Shown: positions 62,720 through 64,000 of the stretch, in pieces
Position numbering within the stretch: the stretch's first letter is position 1
Layout: every line of letters begins with the position of its first letter
Origin: Polaribacter sp.
GTDB taxonomy: Bacteria > Bacteroidota > Bacteroidia > Flavobacteriales > Flavobacteriaceae
Direction: 5' to 3'
Assembly (NCBI GenBank): GCA_038123695.1
Contig: JAYPAO010000004.1
Span: 19,328 to 83,327, forward strand
Length of the DNA stretch: 64,000 nt
Made by a program: the position numbers and the translations under genes
The notes under the pieces: model-generated
What the model saw: the letters and a program-made list of their open reading frames with translations, nothing else
Told to the model about the DNA's origin: nothing
Databases searched by the model: none

Positions 62720-63838
62720 ATGAATAAATACACCTTTTTACAAATCTTTGTTTTATTGCTGTTTAGCGTCACTTTCATGACTTCTTGTCAAACGGATAAT
62801 AGCAAAAAAACAAAAGTTTATTCATCAATTCAGTACGCCAAAGGATTCTCAATCGTTCGAAATGGTGATGTATCAACCCTAACGATTTATTCACCTTATC
62901 AGAATGCAAAAACAGTTGCTCGTTTTGATTTCTCTGTAAAAAAGAGCGAAAAAACCATACAAACACCAATAAAAAGAATTGTGGTAACATCAACGACTCA
63001 CGTTCCGATGTTAGAATTATTGGGAGAAGAGAATTCGATTATAGGTTTTCCAAGTACTGGATTTGTTTCCTCCAACAAAACGAGGAAACGAATTGATTCA
63101 GGATTTATCAAAGAAATTGGTATTAAAGGCAGTTTGAATACTGAAATCCTTCTTGATTTAAAACCTGAAGCCATCGTCTCTTACGCGGTCAACTCACCAG
63201 AAAAATCTCTTAATGTTTTAAAGAGAGCTGGTATTCCCATTATATACAATGGAGACTGGTTAGAGGAATCGCCTTTAGGAAAAGCCGAATGGATTAAGTT
63301 CTTCGGATTGTTATTCGCTAAAGAAAAACAAGCGGATAGTATTTTCACTGCCATTGAGAAGGATTATCTCGAAGCGATAAGTTTAGCTAAATCCGCAAAT
63401 TTGAATCCCTCCATTGTATCTGGAGCCATTATGAGTGGTGAAATATGGAATTTACCCGCAGGAGAAAGTTATGTTGCTCAATTCCTTAAGGATGCCAATA
63501 CGAATTACTTATGGCAAAACACCACTGGAAAAGGTAGTCTTCAACTGAGTTTTGAACGTGTTTTTGAAAAAGCGAAGGCAGCTAAATTCTGGATTGCTCC
63601 AGGATATTTTTCATCTAAAAATCAAATGGTATCGTCCAACAAATTATATGCTGAATTTGATGCGTTTAAAAATGATAACATATACACACCTACAACAAAA
63701 TCAGGACCAACAGGAGGTGTTTTATATTACGAACTCGCGACGATAAGACCCGATTTAGTATTGAAGGATCTGATAAAAATCACGCACCCAGAGTTACTTC
63801 CAGACTATGAGTTAACCTTTTTCGAAAAATTAAAGTAA
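62720..63838 (+). CDS. ABC transporter substrate-binding lipoprotein (BtuF / iron-cobalamin type)
   Basis: Lipobox MTS-C; STTH, EESPLGKAEWIKFFG, RPDLVLKDL. Confidence 0.85.
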   Translation: MNKYTFLQIFVLLLFSVTFMTSCQTDNSKKTKVYSSIQYAKGFSIVRNGDVSTLTIYSPYQNAKTVARFDFSVKKSEKTIQTPIKRIVVTSTTHVPMLELLGEENSIIGFPSTGFVSSNKTRKRIDSGFIKEIGIKGSLNTEILLDLKPEAIVSYAVNSPEKSLNVLKRAGIPIIYNGDWLEESPLGKAEWIKFFGLLFAKEKQADSIFTAIEKDYLEAISLAKSANLNPSIVSGAIMSGEIWNLPAGESYVAQFLKDANTNYLWQNTTGKGSLQLSFERVFEKAKAAKFWIAPGYFSSKNQMVSSNKLYAEFDAFKNDNIYTPTTKSGPTGGVLYYELATIRPDLVLKDLIKITHPELLPDYELTFFEKLK

Positions 63839-64000
63839 TTATTTCTGAGCGCAGGCAAATCCTGCCTTTGCATGAATTTCGGTGGTATTAAAAACAGGAA
63901 TGGAAACATCGTTTTGAGCAATTAAAAGTGGAATCTCGGTACAACCCAAAATAATTCCCTCGGCTCCATCTTCTCGTAAACGATTAATGATTTTCAGATA
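63839..64000 (-). CDS. Aspartate/glutamate racemase family protein, 3' end only
   Basis: Manual translation ...GAEGIILGCTEIPLL...PVFNTTEIHAKA...QK*. Confidence 0.8.
   Translation of the reverse strand, partial: YLKIINRLREDGAEGIILGCTEIPLLIAQNDVSIPVFNTTEIHAKAGFACAQK

Noticed and set aside
312-63746. Many 60-120 aa ORFs nested in or antisense to long genes (e.g. 312-671, 3653-3886, 50832-51149)
   Set aside because: Shadow frames of well-supported genes
1-64000. CRISPR array, IS element or rRNA
   Set aside because: No regularly spaced repeats, transposase motifs or rRNA-like sequence seen

Overview
AT-rich chromosomal window from a Bacteroidota bacterium, most likely Flavobacteriaceae (TAnnTTTG promoters, A-rich SD-less starts, TonB-dependent receptors, Flavobacteria-type DUF genes). 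It is mostly housekeeping: ftcD, aroQ, xerD, rny, zapA, bcp, nth, uvrA, bshB1, pcm, oxyR, rocD, rlmD, ung, mutS2, aconitase, dnaJ-grpE, murA, a UvrD helicase and btuB. It also carries 6S RNA, tRNA-His, RNase P RNA and a cobalamin riboswitch. No CRISPR array, IS element or intact prophage was seen. The one accessory-looking segment is a ~1.7 kb islet (15101-16800) between uvrA and tRNA-His. It holds two paralogous phage-repressor-like XRE genes, each preceded by the same GT(A/G)GTA-N6-TACTAC palindrome overlapping its promoter, a C-run cluster (possible G-quadruplex on the minus strand), and an uncalled 51-aa ORF behind two mutually exclusive hairpins. Other points of interest: a structured rocD leader containing a 6-codon uORF, a palindrome plus sigma54-like element upstream of grpE-dnaJ, a likely sulfonolipid (capnine) gene pair, several enzymes lacking canonical Fe-S/Zn cysteines, and small ORFs missed by the ORF track. 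All family assignments come from recognising motifs by eye; no database searches were run.
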